64,000 nucleotides of DNA from Candidatus Saccharimonadales bacterium (GTDB lineage Bacteria > Patescibacteriota > Saccharimonadia > Saccharimonadales > JBBQAJ01), in assembly GCA_038316195.1 (NCBI GenBank), contig JBBQAJ010000001.1, positions 27,680-91,679 of the forward strand, written 5' to 3'. Both the position numbers and the translations under genes were made by a program. The first letter of the stretch is position 1, and the number at the start of each line of letters is the position of its first letter. The notes beneath the pieces are model-generated. The model ran no database searches. It was not told the DNA's origin and was given only the letters and a program-made list of their open reading frames with translations. This document shows, piece after piece, positions 48,860 to 58,541 of this stretch.

Positions 48860-50332
48860 TCATACCATTATTGATCGAATATTCTTTAATCTGGATGTAC
48901 GTTCTGACTGTATCTTTTCATGCAATTCGAATTCATGATTTTCTATCCAGGAAAACGGAGCTTGTGCTAGACTACCTATTTTTGCAATCAAAGCAGCGTG
49001 GCGCAATCCTTTACTTGTATTTGGAAATCGAGAACCGGTTGCTAAATCAAAAAGTTGAGATCCTCCAAGTAATCCTGTAGCGACTTTACCCGAGACTATT
49101 GATTTTGTGTCAATTCCGCGATGACTAAATGGCCTACGTAATGCCAACATACCAACGTCTCGGGCAACAGGAATAAGCGCTTCAAGTATACTTATTGATT
49201 CTAGAGGAACTAGGGTGAATATATCAGTTATTGCTGATTCAATATGGTCAATATTTTGATCTATGAAACCACCTTTTTCGGTTGCACCGTCTTTATGAGC
49301 TCTGGCAGCTGGTCCATCAGTTACATCTGTCAAAATATTGAGTACCTTAAGACCTGCAGAAATTTTGCGAATCGTTTCAGTATCTAGCTCGCTTTTATTT
49401 AAAGCAATTAAGCCCGCCGCTATAGCCAACCGTGAATAGGTTAGCCAGTCTGCTGTTGTTCGGCCGTGTTCATGTAAGTAGGCTTTTAATTTTTCGGCCG
49501 GTTGTTCACTATAGTAATCAATCGCACCCTTAACCAAATTTAATGTTCTTGTATACACTGGTTCTTTTAATTGCGCTAATTGTTCCGGTGACAGTGGGAT
49601 GTCTTCAACCCCCAAACCAACAATTTTGTCTTTGCCATCAGGCATAGATTCTTCGTGAAAAAGTTCCGTAACGGTTGCCAAAGAATCCACACCCAGTGCT
49701 TCACCTAAAACAGGGCCTAACTGATCTCGGACTGATGGAGTAAGCAACATATGTGCCCGAATTCTCATGATAGACTCAAAGGGATCACGTATTAATTTGT
49801 CGCCAATGTGTCTGTTTTCACCAAATGGCCTTGTCCAGCCCAGATGTTTAACGCCCGAAAATCTTCCAGAGCGAATCCCTGCAGAAGCCTTATCATCAAC
49901 AATTCCCATTTGATTTGGATCAACCTGAAAATAATTTTCGGCTTGAAATACCATATACGGACTTGGTTTTCGTCTTTTACTATCACTTGGAAAAAATATT
50001 CGATCGGCTCCTACTTGATCACCCCATCCTGCCAATAACGCTCTATCAATTTCGTCATTGACACGAAAGTTAGATAAAAGAGCTACATTTTCAATTCCTG
50101 CTTCACGAGCTTCTTGAATCCATGCTACATGTTCAGGAACTATTTCTGCGACGCCTGTTTCACACAATGTAGCTTCAGCGTCTAAAAGTAGTGTATTTAC
50201 ACCTTCCTCAACCCATTGAAGTATATCAATATCTGTAATTCTATAATGCGGTGGCTCAGTTGGAAGATATACATCCCAATACCCATTGACTGGTGCCGTT
50301 TCGGCAGACGCATTACTCAAAACTATCTCCAA
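48860..50332 (-). CDS. Fusion of YqeG-like HAD phosphatase domain and CDP-alcohol phosphatidyltransferase
   Basis: N-terminal LLLDAEATL / LLSN / RKPSP / IVDDK; C-terminal DWLTYSRL...TDVTDGPAAR...GGFIDQNID signature with hydrophobic helices. Confidence 0.8.
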   Translation of the reverse strand: MEIVLSNASAETAPVNGYWDVYLPTEPPHYRITDIDILQWVEEGVNTLLLDAEATLCETGVAEIVPEHVAWIQEAREAGIENVALLSNFRVNDEIDRALLAGWGDQVGADRIFFPSDSKRRKPSPYMVFQAENYFQVDPNQMGIVDDKASAGIRSGRFSGVKHLGWTRPFGENRHIGDKLIRDPFESIMRIRAHMLLTPSVRDQLGPVLGEALGVDSLATVTELFHEESMPDGKDKIVGLGVEDIPLSPEQLAQLKEPVYTRTLNLVKGAIDYYSEQPAEKLKAYLHEHGRTTADWLTYSRLAIAAGLIALNKSELDTETIRKISAGLKVLNILTDVTDGPAARAHKDGATEKGGFIDQNIDHIESAITDIFTLVPLESISILEALIPVARDVGMLALRRPFSHRGIDTKSIVSGKVATGLLGGSQLFDLATGSRFPNTSKGLRHAALIAKIGSLAQAPFSWIENHEFELHEKIQSERTSRLKNIRSIMV

Positions 50333-50379
50333 GATTATTAAGAGTTATTATAACATAGAATAGTTCTAGTAGCTAGATC

Positions 50380-51381
50380 TCAGAATTTTTCGGGCTTATA
50401 CCAGTCTGGGGCTTTTTTGAGTAATTCGCCAATTTCGTGTTCTGTCAGCAATCCTTCTTGGGCTCCCGTATGTTGCACAACATTCATGGAGTTAATTGGG
50501 GCCCATTGCAGCGCTCCTTCAATATTATTACCCTGTATAAGAGCTGCAACAAAAGTACTGGCAAATGCATCCCCTGCCCCTGTTCGCTCAAATGGAGGTG
50601 CTGGATCTGGGTATGGTGGCATTTTGTATTTGTTGGTACCGTCAGATGCATATGCACCTGACGGTCCATCTGTTACACATACTATCTTTGGACCGTAGCT
50701 ATGTAGAGCGTTAATTAATCCGTGAACATCATCATAATTTGCACCAGTTACCTGAACTGCCTCTTCTCGGTTTAATACTAAAACTTCTGTTCGACCATAA
50801 AGTCTTTTTAATTTCTCAACTCCAGCCTCAAGTTGGTATGTTCCAGGTTGAAATGCTAGTTTTACTTCAGGATTTTCTTCTAACCAATCCTCTACAAAAT
50901 CGTGATATTTTTCTAGACTGTTTTTGCTTATAGAACTAAAATAAACCCATTCTGGTATATCAATTTCTCGAAATCTTGGCCAGTGATAATCATATTCTTC
51001 ATGCTTAATAAGAATAGTTCGTTCTTCTTTGTACCAAAGCACGTAATGATAGTTCGTAGACTTGTTTGGATTTACAATAACCATACGACTATCAACCTTT
51101 TTGTCATGCAGGGCTTTCAGAATATCCCTACCGTGACTGTCGCCACCCACGTTAGAAATCAAACCACTTTTAATTCCAAATTTGGCAAAGCTAACTGCTG
51201 CGTTTGCGGCATTCCCGACAGCTTCAATGACTGTTGCATGATCAAATGGTACTTTGGTGCCGAAAGGCATTGCCAGATATTTGATACCGTCTTTTTCAAA
51301 AGTATGCGCTCGGTCATCAAGTAGTTTAATAAATGCGTCAGTAACTACATCACCAATTGCCAAAACTTCTATTTCACTCAA
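50380..51381 (-). CDS. PfkB-family carbohydrate kinase
   Basis: GNAANAAV, VGGDSHG, LNREEA, VTDGPSGA, ERTGAGDAF. Confidence 0.93.
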   Translation of the reverse strand: MSEIEVLAIGDVVTDAFIKLLDDRAHTFEKDGIKYLAMPFGTKVPFDHATVIEAVGNAANAAVSFAKFGIKSGLISNVGGDSHGRDILKALHDKKVDSRMVIVNPNKSTNYHYVLWYKEERTILIKHEEYDYHWPRFREIDIPEWVYFSSISKNSLEKYHDFVEDWLEENPEVKLAFQPGTYQLEAGVEKLKRLYGRTEVLVLNREEAVQVTGANYDDVHGLINALHSYGPKIVCVTDGPSGAYASDGTNKYKMPPYPDPAPPFERTGAGDAFASTFVAALIQGNNIEGALQWAPINSMNVVQHTGAQEGLLTEHEIGELLKKAPDWYKPEKF

Positions 51382-51474
51382 TTTACCACCCCACTTTTTT
51401 ACTTATGCTTATTCTATCATATTTACAAACAGACTCGCTATGCTCGCAAATACACGTATGCTAAAGTATTGTTA

Positions 51475-51918
51475 ATGCTGGCAACAAACCATGCTCTGTC
51501 TGGAGCTTTAATCGGTGCTTTTCTACCCCTACCATTAGCCTTGCCAGTAGCATTTGCGTCGCATTTTGTTTTAGATGCATTACCACATTATGGCATTCCT
51601 CTAGATCAAAGAAATAAATCTTCCACATATAGGGCAATTGTATACACCGATATTTTTGTTGCACTTTCAATTGCGATGATTGCGATTGTATTTCGTAAAT
51701 GGAATATGGAAATAGTCGGCTGGACTGCATATAGTCCGGATGTTATCTGGGTACAGCATTATTACAAGCAAAACCGAACTTTACACATCGAGACTAAAAA
51801 TAAATTCATGGAATTTCACAGAAAAATTCAACTTTTTGAACGTCCATGGGGTATTTTGGTCGAAATAACTACTATCGCAGTTTTATTGCCACTTTTTGTT
51901 GTTCAACTTTTGAAATAA
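51475..51918 (+). CDS. Small membrane protein, paralog of 1305-1754
   Basis: NHALSGALIG...SHFVLDALPH...SPD...HRKIQLFERPWG. Confidence 0.65.
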   Translation: MLATNHALSGALIGAFLPLPLALPVAFASHFVLDALPHYGIPLDQRNKSSTYRAIVYTDIFVALSIAMIAIVFRKWNMEIVGWTAYSPDVIWVQHYYKQNRTLHIETKNKFMEFHRKIQLFERPWGILVEITTIAVLLPLFVVQLLK

Positions 51919-51987
51919 ATTGATCGTGATTGGATTCTACACAGCCTAACTTAATTACCCTTGTGTGCTTGGGTTGATAATCTAAGC

Positions 51988-52956
51988 TTAGTTAAATGCT
52001 TCATCATCAATAGGTTTTTTGCCAACAGAGTTAAAAGCACCACCAATAATTTGCGCTTTCCCTGCAGCGTTGAACATGTCTATTTTTTCTTCTACGACTT
52101 CTTGCACAGCATCTATAACTTTGTCCATTAGTTTTACTACTGCATATTCTGATTTGTTTTCAGCCAAAACTTGTTCTAACGTATTTCTAAAAGCTATCCT
52201 TAAATCTGTATTAATATTTACTTTGCTAACTCCTACATGTGTGGCAGATTTAAAATAATGACCAGGCGTACCACTACCTCCATGTAGGCTAATGTTGCAG
52301 TTTAAAACTTCCCTAACTTCAGAGAGTAGATCCAAATCTAGTTTTTTTGGTACTGGAAATTTGCCATGTAAATTGCCCACAGCAGCTGCAAAAGTATCAA
52401 TACCTGTGGCCTCAACAAAAGATCTAGCGCCTTCGGGTGTGCTGAAAGTTTTTTTGATTTCTTCGTAATCTATAGCTTCCTTGTGCAAATTACTACCACC
52501 ACCAAAATAGTGAGGTTCACTTTCTACCGAGGCACCTGTAAGTCTTGCATATTCTACAACTTGGCGAGTTTCAACAATAATTTCTTCCATACTGGCATCT
52601 TTACGCGCCTGCGAAATATCTATGTGTATGAACTCAAATCCTGCCTCAATGCCGGCTATAGAACCCGCAACAGTAGGACTATGATCTAAATTTAAATATA
52701 ATTCCACGCCATATTCTTCAATATAGTTGTCTACCATATCACGAATGTTTTCAAGACCAAGAGCATCTACTTCTCCCTGACTTGCTTGTATTATCACGGG
52801 AGCATTTTTTTTAGCAGTTGCTCTTACGATTGCTATCAAAGTTTCTTGATTATCAATGTTAAATGCGCCAAGTGCAAAATGTTCTGAGCGTGCCCTGAAC
52901 ATAGCTTCCCGAGCTCGCTTACTATTTTGTCTCATTTGGTTAAGAGTTGAAGACAT
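51988..52956 (-). CDS. fba: Class II fructose-bisphosphate aldolase
   Basis: GAFNIDN, LNLDH, AVGNLHG, SLHGGSG, KVNINTD. Confidence 0.92.
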   Translation of the reverse strand: MSSTLNQMRQNSKRAREAMFRARSEHFALGAFNIDNQETLIAIVRATAKKNAPVIIQASQGEVDALGLENIRDMVDNYIEEYGVELYLNLDHSPTVAGSIAGIEAGFEFIHIDISQARKDASMEEIIVETRQVVEYARLTGASVESEPHYFGGGSNLHKEAIDYEEIKKTFSTPEGARSFVEATGIDTFAAAVGNLHGKFPVPKKLDLDLLSEVREVLNCNISLHGGSGTPGHYFKSATHVGVSKVNINTDLRIAFRNTLEQVLAENKSEYAVVKLMDKVIDAVQEVVEEKIDMFNAAGKAQIIGGAFNSVGKKPIDDEAFN

Positions 52957-53019
52957 AAGAACTATTATTGTAACTGGTTATGCTTGTAGGAAGCAAATTA
53001 TGTATATTAATTAATCCGG

Positions 53020-54021
53020 CTATTTTGTTTTTTTAATGTATACAGGTTTTTTATCAACGACAATATGTGCAGCTAATATAATGTGTTTTGATGTAAGCCC
53101 AAAATGTTCGAGTAATTCGCTCGGATCGCCAGATTCACCAAACCGATCTTTGACTCCCACTCTACGCATTGGAACTGGAAATTCTTCAGCTAATAGCTCA
53201 GCAACTGCGCCACCCAACCCTCCATTAATTTGGCCTTCCTCGACTGTTACAACTGCCCTTGTTTTACGTACACTTTCCAAAATAGTGTAGCTATCAAGCG
53301 GCTTTATAGTTGGACAGTGTATAACTTCCGCATCGATTCCAGTTTTGAATAACCGTTCAGCCGCCACAAGCGCCTGGTAGGTCATAGTTCCTGTGGAAAT
53401 AATTGTCACGTCAATGCCAGGAGCAAAAACGTAAGCTTTACCAATTTCAAAAGGAGTTTTTTCTGAAGTAATTACTGGGATAGGTTCTCTTGCGAGTCTC
53501 ATGTAGTTTGGTCTTGAATCTTCTGCCATGGCAATTGTCATTTTTTCAGCTTCTAAACTATCTGACGGCGCCAGTACAACCATGTTCGGAAGTGCTCGCA
53601 TAAGTGCAATATCCTCTAGCATCTGATGTGTTGCTCCGTCTTTACCAGTATATAGTCCTGCGTGAGACCCAATAACTTTAACTGGCAAGTCATTCAAGCA
53701 AATAGTTGTTCGTATTTGTTCCCAGTTGCGCCCAGGACTAAATGCAGCGTAACTGCTTACAAAGGGTATTTTGCCCATTGCTGCCAACCCAGAACCAACC
53801 GTAACTAGATTTTGCTCAGCAACGCCTACTTGTACAAATCTATCAGGAAAGGCGTCTCTAAATAAGCTTATCTGCGTCGAATCGGTTAAGTCGGCGCATG
53901 CTGCAACAACATTAATATTTCGTCTGCCAGCTTCCAATAAACCTTTTCCAAACCCTTTACGATTTGGCTCTAAAGCGATATCTCTACCCAATATATCAGA
54001 AATTAAATGCAAATCTGTCAT
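53020..54021 (-). CDS. Transketolase, C-terminal subunit
   Basis: GVAEQN, EQIR, GKDGATHQMLED, PTIKPLD. Confidence 0.93.
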   Translation of the reverse strand: MTDLHLISDILGRDIALEPNRKGFGKGLLEAGRRNINVVAACADLTDSTQISLFRDAFPDRFVQVGVAEQNLVTVGSGLAAMGKIPFVSSYAAFSPGRNWEQIRTTICLNDLPVKVIGSHAGLYTGKDGATHQMLEDIALMRALPNMVVLAPSDSLEAEKMTIAMAEDSRPNYMRLAREPIPVITSEKTPFEIGKAYVFAPGIDVTIISTGTMTYQALVAAERLFKTGIDAEVIHCPTIKPLDSYTILESVRKTRAVVTVEEGQINGGLGGAVAELLAEEFPVPMRRVGVKDRFGESGDPSELLEHFGLTSKHIILAAHIVVDKKPVYIKKTK

Positions 54022-54153
54022 TTTACCTCCACCAATGAGTAAGTCAATGACTCGAGTATACTGGACTTAACTAGAGATTTCTTCGAATTATCCTGACTCG
54101 TGTACGTGAATCCAAAGATGAAATAATGCGTTTCTAAATATAATTGCAAAAAA

Positions 54154-55011
54154 CTATTCATGTTCACTCTTTATCTTTCCCCCAAGAGTTCGCAGTTCAT
54201 GTAGTGCTTTTATAGCTTGTTCATGATTTGGTTGAGTACCATGCCAGTGAAAATCATATTCCATGAAGTCAACACCTTTACCTGGAATAGTGTGTGCTAT
54301 TATCATCGTCGGTTTCTCAACAATCGCCCTACCCATGGCAAAAGCATCAATAATAGCCTCCATATTATTTCCGTCAATCTCAAGAACATGCCATCCAAAT
54401 GCTTCCCACTTATCTTTGAAATCTTCTAGGGGCATAACTGATTCAGTTGGACCATCAATCTGTATATTGTTTCTATCTGTAATTGCAATTATATTATTTA
54501 AATTGTACTTACTTCCTAGCATTGCAGCTTCCCAAACATTGCCTTCATCCTGTTCGCCATCACCCATGACAACATATATCCATCTGTGAGTCGCTTTATC
54601 CATTCGCATAGCTAAGGCCATTCCACACGCTTGACTAAGCCCACATCCTAAGGGTCCACTAGTGTTTTCTAAGCCAGGTAATTTTTTTCGTTCAGGATGA
54701 CCCTGGAGTCGCGACCCAAACTCACGTAGAGTCATGAGTTCTTTTCTATCGAAGTATCCTGCATTTGCCATAGCCGCATATTGAACTGGCACACAATGCC
54801 CATTACTAAGAAGTATTATGTCTCTATCTTCCCAGTTGGGTTTTTTTGGATCGTGTTTCATCACGTCAAAATAGAGAGCAGTGAAAATATCCGCAAGTCC
54901 CATAGGACCAGCACTGTGCCCACTTTTGGCATGCTCCAACATTTTGATAATGTCTTCGCGAATTGTATTTGCCTTTAGTTCTAACTCTTCAATTGTCATT
55001 TTATTCATCAT
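54154..55011 (-). CDS. Transketolase, N-terminal subunit
   Basis: SGH, LSNGH, LQGHP, GDGEQDEG...WEA TPP-binding motif, HWHG. Confidence 0.94.
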   Translation of the reverse strand: MMNKMTIEELELKANTIREDIIKMLEHAKSGHSAGPMGLADIFTALYFDVMKHDPKKPNWEDRDIILLSNGHCVPVQYAAMANAGYFDRKELMTLREFGSRLQGHPERKKLPGLENTSGPLGCGLSQACGMALAMRMDKATHRWIYVVMGDGEQDEGNVWEAAMLGSKYNLNNIIAITDRNNIQIDGPTESVMPLEDFKDKWEAFGWHVLEIDGNNMEAIIDAFAMGRAIVEKPTMIIAHTIPGKGVDFMEYDFHWHGTQPNHEQAIKALHELRTLGGKIKSEHE

Positions 55012-55021
55012 ATAACCACAC

Positions 55022-55651
55022 TTAAGATATTACTGATAACAGTTTATCATAAGCGTTTTTGGGATTTTCTGATTTTTGTACATATCCACCTACGTTTAAA
55101 ACGTCTACTCCACCATCGACAAGTTGTTTGGCGTTATGATAATTTATCCCACCGTCCCAAGCTATTTCAACATCCGGATGATGGTCAATGGCTTTTTGCA
55201 CTTTATCAAGAAGTCCTAGATCGGCTTCACCCCCGTGATAACCTAAATTTCCACTAAATATTAATACTTGATCAAAACTGTGCATAATTTGATAGGCGTT
55301 TTCAATGGGCGTGTTTTGTAAAATCGCCAAACCCACTAATATTCCGGCTTTGTGAAGCTCTCCGGCAAAATGCATGTGATGTAGTTCGGATTCATTATGA
55401 ACTATAACCATTCTTGGATTCATTTTTATAAGTTTTTCAACATAGTCCATTGGCTTTTTGTACATCAAGTGTATATCTGCCTGCACATGATGAGGCCACC
55501 AAATTTCGTCCAAGCTAGGTGACACAGAAGGAGCAAAATCTCCATCCATCAAGTCTATATGAACTCTATTTGTAAATGGAGCCACTCTCTCAATCTGTGT
55601 TCGATATTCATGAGGATCAAATGCAGTTACAGTGGGGCAAATTACAGCCAT
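55022..55651 (-). CDS. rpe: Ribulose-phosphate 3-epimerase
   Basis: HIDLMDGDFAP, DIHLM, DGGIN. Confidence 0.9.
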   Translation of the reverse strand: MAVICPTVTAFDPHEYRTQIERVAPFTNRVHIDLMDGDFAPSVSPSLDEIWWPHHVQADIHLMYKKPMDYVEKLIKMNPRMVIVHNESELHHMHFAGELHKAGILVGLAILQNTPIENAYQIMHSFDQVLIFSGNLGYHGGEADLGLLDKVQKAIDHHPDVEIAWDGGINYHNAKQLVDGGVDVLNVGGYVQKSENPKNAYDKLLSVIS

Positions 55652-56145
55652 CAGCTTGTTTCATCTATTTTTTTAATTCTTCGCGAGTGTCTTTCTACGC
55701 CAGAAAAAGGTGACTCAAGCCATATTGAAACTACTTTTCTGATTTCTTCTTGAGTTAAAAATCTTGCTGCCAGACTTAACATATTGGCGTTATTATGCTC
55801 CTTACTAAGTCTTACTATTTCATATTCATCATCAGCAAATTTTCCCTCTACATCAACGGCTCCAGGTGGGATTGCTGGACCATAATATAGAGCACACCTA
55901 ACACCTTTTACTCTATTTGCTGCCATTGCTTCGCCCTGCCCACTACTGCCCATTATTATCCCGTATTCTACTTCGCCATTTGAAACAGACTTAGCTGCTG
56001 GAAAAATAAAATCTGGATAATCATCATCTGGGTCAAAAGTTTTTGGTCCAAAATCTATTACCTGATGTCCCTGTTGTTCAAGGAAAGTTTTTAGTGATTT
56101 CAATGCCTCATATCCAGCATGATCAGTACTAAGCGCAATATTCAT
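55651..56145 (-). CDS. rpiB: Ribose-5-phosphate isomerase B
   Basis: DHAG, DDYPDF, GSSGQGEAMAANRVKGVR, HNNANML, RHSRR. Confidence 0.93.
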   Translation of the reverse strand: MNIALSTDHAGYEALKSLKTFLEQQGHQVIDFGPKTFDPDDDYPDFIFPAAKSVSNGEVEYGIIMGSSGQGEAMAANRVKGVRCALYYGPAIPPGAVDVEGKFADDEYEIVRLSKEHNNANMLSLAARFLTQEEIRKVVSIWLESPFSGVERHSRRIKKIDETS

Positions 56146-56262
56146 AATTACACTGTAGCATAAGCAAGTATTTTGAATCCAGGATAGCCTATAGTTGTTT
56201 GTGTTGAATTGATCAACTGTAGTGGTGGGTTAAAGTGGTTGATTGATGTAAAATGAAAGGAA

Positions 56263-57303
56263 CTACTCGTGGTGTGAAGTATGGTCAACTTTATCATGCA
56301 AAGCTTTGCCCAAATCAGCTACAACTTCTACCAAACGATTGCTATAGCCCCATTCATTATCATACCAAGCTACTACCTTTAGCATGTTCCCACCGACAAC
56401 TGCTGTCAGCTTTGTATCTACTATTGCAGAGTGGCTATTTCCAATGAAATCACTACTTACTAATTCTTCTTCTGTTATGTCTAATATACCCTGGTAAAAT
56501 GGTTCGTTTGCTGATTTTTTGAAAACTTCATTTACCTGCTCAACTGTAACGCTTTTCTTGGTAATAATCACAAAATCACTTAGTGATACAACTGGGGTTG
56601 GTACTCGTATACTTAGGCCACCAAAAATTCCCTGAAGAGCAGGTAGTGCTTGTCCTGCTGCTATTGATGCTCCAGTTGTTGTCGGAACAATGTTTTCAGC
56701 AGCAGAACGTGCCTCGCGTAAGTCTTTAGCTGGTGCGTCCTGAAGTTTTTGACTTGCTGTATAGCTATGAATTGTTGTCATCATAGCTTTTTCAATACCA
56801 AAGTGACTTTCTATAATTGCCGCAACAGGCGTAATGCAATTGGTAGTACAAGATGCGTTGCTTATTATATCTTCTGCTTTATCTAAAATATCTTCATTTA
56901 CTCCAAGTACGATTGTTGTAGCTCCTTCACCCTTCGCAGGTGCGCTAATAACAACTTTGTGCGCGCCTGCATCTATGTGTGCGCGTGCTTTTGATGGATC
57001 AACAAAGAAACCTGTTGACTCTATTACGACATCTATTTTAAGATCTTTCCACGGCAAAGCAGATGGCTCTTTTTCTGCAAGAACTATTATGTGTTTACCG
57101 TTTACGATAATATTTGAAGCATCGGATTTAACATCATGTTGATAAGTTCCATAATTACTGTCATGTTTTAATAAATGAGCCAGAGTTTTAGTGTCAGTCA
57201 AATCGTTAATAGCAACTACCTCACAGTCAGTTCTGTCAAATGCGACCTTGAAGGCATTACGGCCTATTCGTCCAAATCCATTAATTGCAACACGTGTTTT
57301 CAT
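56263..57303 (-). CDS. gap: Glyceraldehyde-3-phosphate dehydrogenase, type I
   Basis: INGFGRIGR, SNASCTTNC, PTTTGA, WYDNEWGY. Confidence 0.98.
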   Translation of the reverse strand: MKTRVAINGFGRIGRNAFKVAFDRTDCEVVAINDLTDTKTLAHLLKHDSNYGTYQHDVKSDASNIIVNGKHIIVLAEKEPSALPWKDLKIDVVIESTGFFVDPSKARAHIDAGAHKVVISAPAKGEGATTIVLGVNEDILDKAEDIISNASCTTNCITPVAAIIESHFGIEKAMMTTIHSYTASQKLQDAPAKDLREARSAAENIVPTTTGASIAAGQALPALQGIFGGLSIRVPTPVVSLSDFVIITKKSVTVEQVNEVFKKSANEPFYQGILDITEEELVSSDFIGNSHSAIVDTKLTAVVGGNMLKVVAWYDNEWGYSNRLVEVVADLGKALHDKVDHTSHHE

Positions 57304-57374
57304 ATTATTACCACCCCTTTATAAGCTTTAGCTATTAGTAACATTGTACGGTGCAACTAACTCAAGTGCAATAT

Positions 57375-57962
57375 TTATCTATCAACACTTGTTCCGTGAA
57401 ATTCTGGCATATCAACCAAATCTTGAATTGAATTTTGTTTTATAAATATATTCCTTTCCTCCTTTATGAAATTCTTGTCAGCTTGAGTCATTTTCTTAAC
57501 CTCTTCAAAAGTTTTTAGTTTTGGGGTAATTTTTTCACCAGGATCAATAGATGTTGCGCCTTTATTTTTTATTCCCCAAGCTACAAAAACGTGTACAAAC
57601 CATTCAATCTTTGGGTGAGGTTGCCTCACTTCAATTAGTTTCCAATTATCAAATTCGTAACCAACTTCTTCTTTTGTTTCACGCTTGATTGCATCCAAAA
57701 CATTATCGTCCATATCAGCACGTCCACCTGGGAATGAAACTGAACTTCCACTATGTGGTTGCTGCTCTTCGATAACAAGAATCTTACCGTTAATTATACA
57801 AATTGCTTCTGTTGTGTCAGGCCGTTTTAACATTTCCCATGTCGCCATTGAGCCATCAAATCTAGTAAGTTGCCATTGATAAACATCGAAAATTACACCT
57901 TCAAAAACTTTTTCAGCAACATCAGGAACTAAAACCGCATCAATGGGAATAAACTTTTTCAT
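57375..57962 (-). CDS. NUDIX hydrolase
   Basis: PGGRADMDDNVLDAIKRETKEEVG Nudix box. Confidence 0.88.
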   Translation of the reverse strand: MKKFIPIDAVLVPDVAEKVFEGVIFDVYQWQLTRFDGSMATWEMLKRPDTTEAICIINGKILVIEEQQPHSGSSVSFPGGRADMDDNVLDAIKRETKEEVGYEFDNWKLIEVRQPHPKIEWFVHVFVAWGIKNKGATSIDPGEKITPKLKTFEEVKKMTQADKNFIKEERNIFIKQNSIQDLVDMPEFHGTSVDR

Positions 57963-58496
57963 CTAAGCTTCTTTTTTGTATCGTTCGACGCATTCTACTA
58001 TGATTTTTTTGGCATCTTCAACGCCGCTCCAGCCTAATACCTTTGTACTTCCAGGTTTCTTGAGATCTTTGTAATGATTAAAGTGATGCTCTATTTTTTG
58101 CTTCCACTGATCATGGAGGTCTTCTAGAGAAACAAGGGCATCACCGGTGTTTAGATCATCGGCGGGCACTATCACGATTTTGTGGTCCATTTCACCGTCA
58201 TCTTCAAAATTCAAAACTCCCAATACTTTTCCTTTTAAATAAACTCCGGTAGGGATTGGGTCGTTTGTCAATACTAGGGTATCCAGCTCGTCGCCATCTT
58301 CGTCTAATGTTTGAGGTATAAATCCGTAATTGCATGGCTTGGCAAAAATACTAGGCTCAACTCTGTCTAGTTCAAATATTGCAAGTTTTCTGTTCCATTC
58401 TATTTTTAGAGTAGACCATTTTGGTATTTCTATTACTGTGTTTATAACACCTCCAACAACATCGCCGGCATCTAAAATTTTGTTAAAATCAGCCAA
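57963..58496 (-). CDS. ppa: Inorganic pyrophosphatase (family I)
   Basis: IEIPK, NYGFIPQTLDEDGDELD, DHK, HYKDL; TTG start at 58496 after a GGAG SD. Confidence 0.93.
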   Translation of the reverse strand: MADFNKILDAGDVVGGVINTVIEIPKWSTLKIEWNRKLAIFELDRVEPSIFAKPCNYGFIPQTLDEDGDELDTLVLTNDPIPTGVYLKGKVLGVLNFEDDGEMDHKIVIVPADDLNTGDALVSLEDLHDQWKQKIEHHFNHYKDLKKPGSTKVLGWSGVEDAKKIIVECVERYKKEA

Positions 58497-58541
58497 TTTA
58501 TAGTCTCCGTTTACTTCTTTGATATTGTACACTATATACGA

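Noticed and set aside
54022-54153. 132-bp gap between transketolase halves with a short tgactcg repeat
   Set aside because: Split transketolase is common, both halves have proper starts and stops, and no convincing structure or frameshift signal was seen.
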